Below are positions 63,240 to 64,000 of a stretch of 64,000 nucleotides of DNA, piece by piece. Below the pieces are notes generated by a model. It was not told the DNA's origin. It saw only the letters and a program-made list of their open reading frames with translations, and ran no database searches. Positions within the stretch are counted from its first letter, which is position 1; every line of letters starts with the position of its first letter. Position numbers and translations under genes: made by a program. This stretch comes from Microbotryum violaceum (taxonomy: Eukaryota): positions 682,001-746,000 of the forward strand of contig CDLV01000005.1 of the NCBI GenBank assembly GCA_001244265.2. The letters run 5' to 3'.

Positions 63240-64000
63240 ATGACGTCTCTTGCTGATGAGCTGATGAACGACCTCGATACTGACTCTGGAGGAGAAGATG
63301 ACCAGTTGGACGCCGTCCTCGGCTCAAACGGCCACGCTGGACCGTCGACGTCGACGTCGAAACTGAACGGAACTACGAACGAAGCATCCAACGGTGCAGC
63401 AAACGATGACGATGGCCAAGAGGATGAAGCAGGGGATGTCTTGATGGACTCGACTGCGGTGGGAGACATGATGGTCCCCGAGGGTGGGGTACGACCGACC
63501 CTCGAGCTCAACCCAGACGACGTCAATGCGATGCAGTTGGGCGAGGTCGGAGAGCTAGCAAAGGTCGCCAAGCTGGCAAATGGCAAGACCATGAAGGATG
63601 TACTCAGTGTGCGTAGTTTCTCAGCTAATTGTTTGCTGCACTGGGTGGCTGAAGCTGACTTGTGCGGCGAATGCGCTCGGTGGGGGTGGATCTCGTTCGA
63701 TCAACTGCGATCGTTCCACGCAGAAAATCGCATACTACCGAGAACATCCCGATCCGGACCTGGCTAGCGATGGCGACAGTCAAGAGTACCGCCTCATCGT
63801 GCAGGCCAACAACCTCAACGTCGAGGTTGACAACGAGATGCTCATCGTCCACAAGGTCCGTGCGCCGTTGACTCGGGACGAGGCCCTGAACGTCGCACGC
63901 GCTGATACACCCTGACGATACATTCATCTGTAGTTCATCAAAGACCACTACCTCCCGCGCTTCCCTGAACTCGACACGCTTGTCTCGGCCCCCCTGCCCT
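63240..64000 (+). CDS. PRP31: U4/U6 snRNP protein Prp31 (5' part; truncated by the window end)
   Basis: MTSLADELMNDL; EYRLIVQANNLNVEVDNEMLIVHK|FIKDHYLPRFPELDTLV. Confidence 0.9.

Noticed and set aside
1-64000. Mating-type locus genes, tRNA/rRNA genes, or TGA-CTA readthrough producing cryptic PTS1
   Set aside because: No pheromone (CAAX) precursor, STE3, homeodomain, tRNA or rRNA signature was seen, and none of the stop codons I checked has the TGA CTA context.

Overview
Intron-rich, GC-rich, gene-dense eukaryotic DNA. Splice signals and gene content point to a basidiomycete fungus, probably a Microbotryomycetes/Rhodotorula-like yeast (inference). About 23 protein-coding loci can be read once GT-AG introns are removed: an eIF4A-like DEAD-box protein with a degenerate Walker A, mitoribosomal bL19, a formin, FCF1, a START protein, peroxisomal enoyl-CoA isomerase, ASH2/BRE2, an M28 aminopeptidase, an alpha/beta hydrolase, RPL42, TRM2, a UBZ4 protein, SSU72, SEC7, NOP56, an S8 subtilase, TFC6, EBP2, a DUF2423 protein, an amidohydrolase, the 5' part of PRP31, and two hypothetical proteins. 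The most unusual observation is a gene-poor island at ~55.2-56.7 kb. Its ~140-bp tandem repeat is, on the minus strand, a repeated exon+spliceosomal-intron unit: 6 near-identical introns plus 3 unrelated upstream introns, with no coherent long ORF. Other highlights are a secreted subtilase lacking both its catalytic Ser and oxyanion Asn, the eIF4A-like pseudo-helicase, and a probable 705-nt structured 5'UTR intron plus 10-nt micro-exon in RPL42. All gene models were spliced by eye; no database searches were run.
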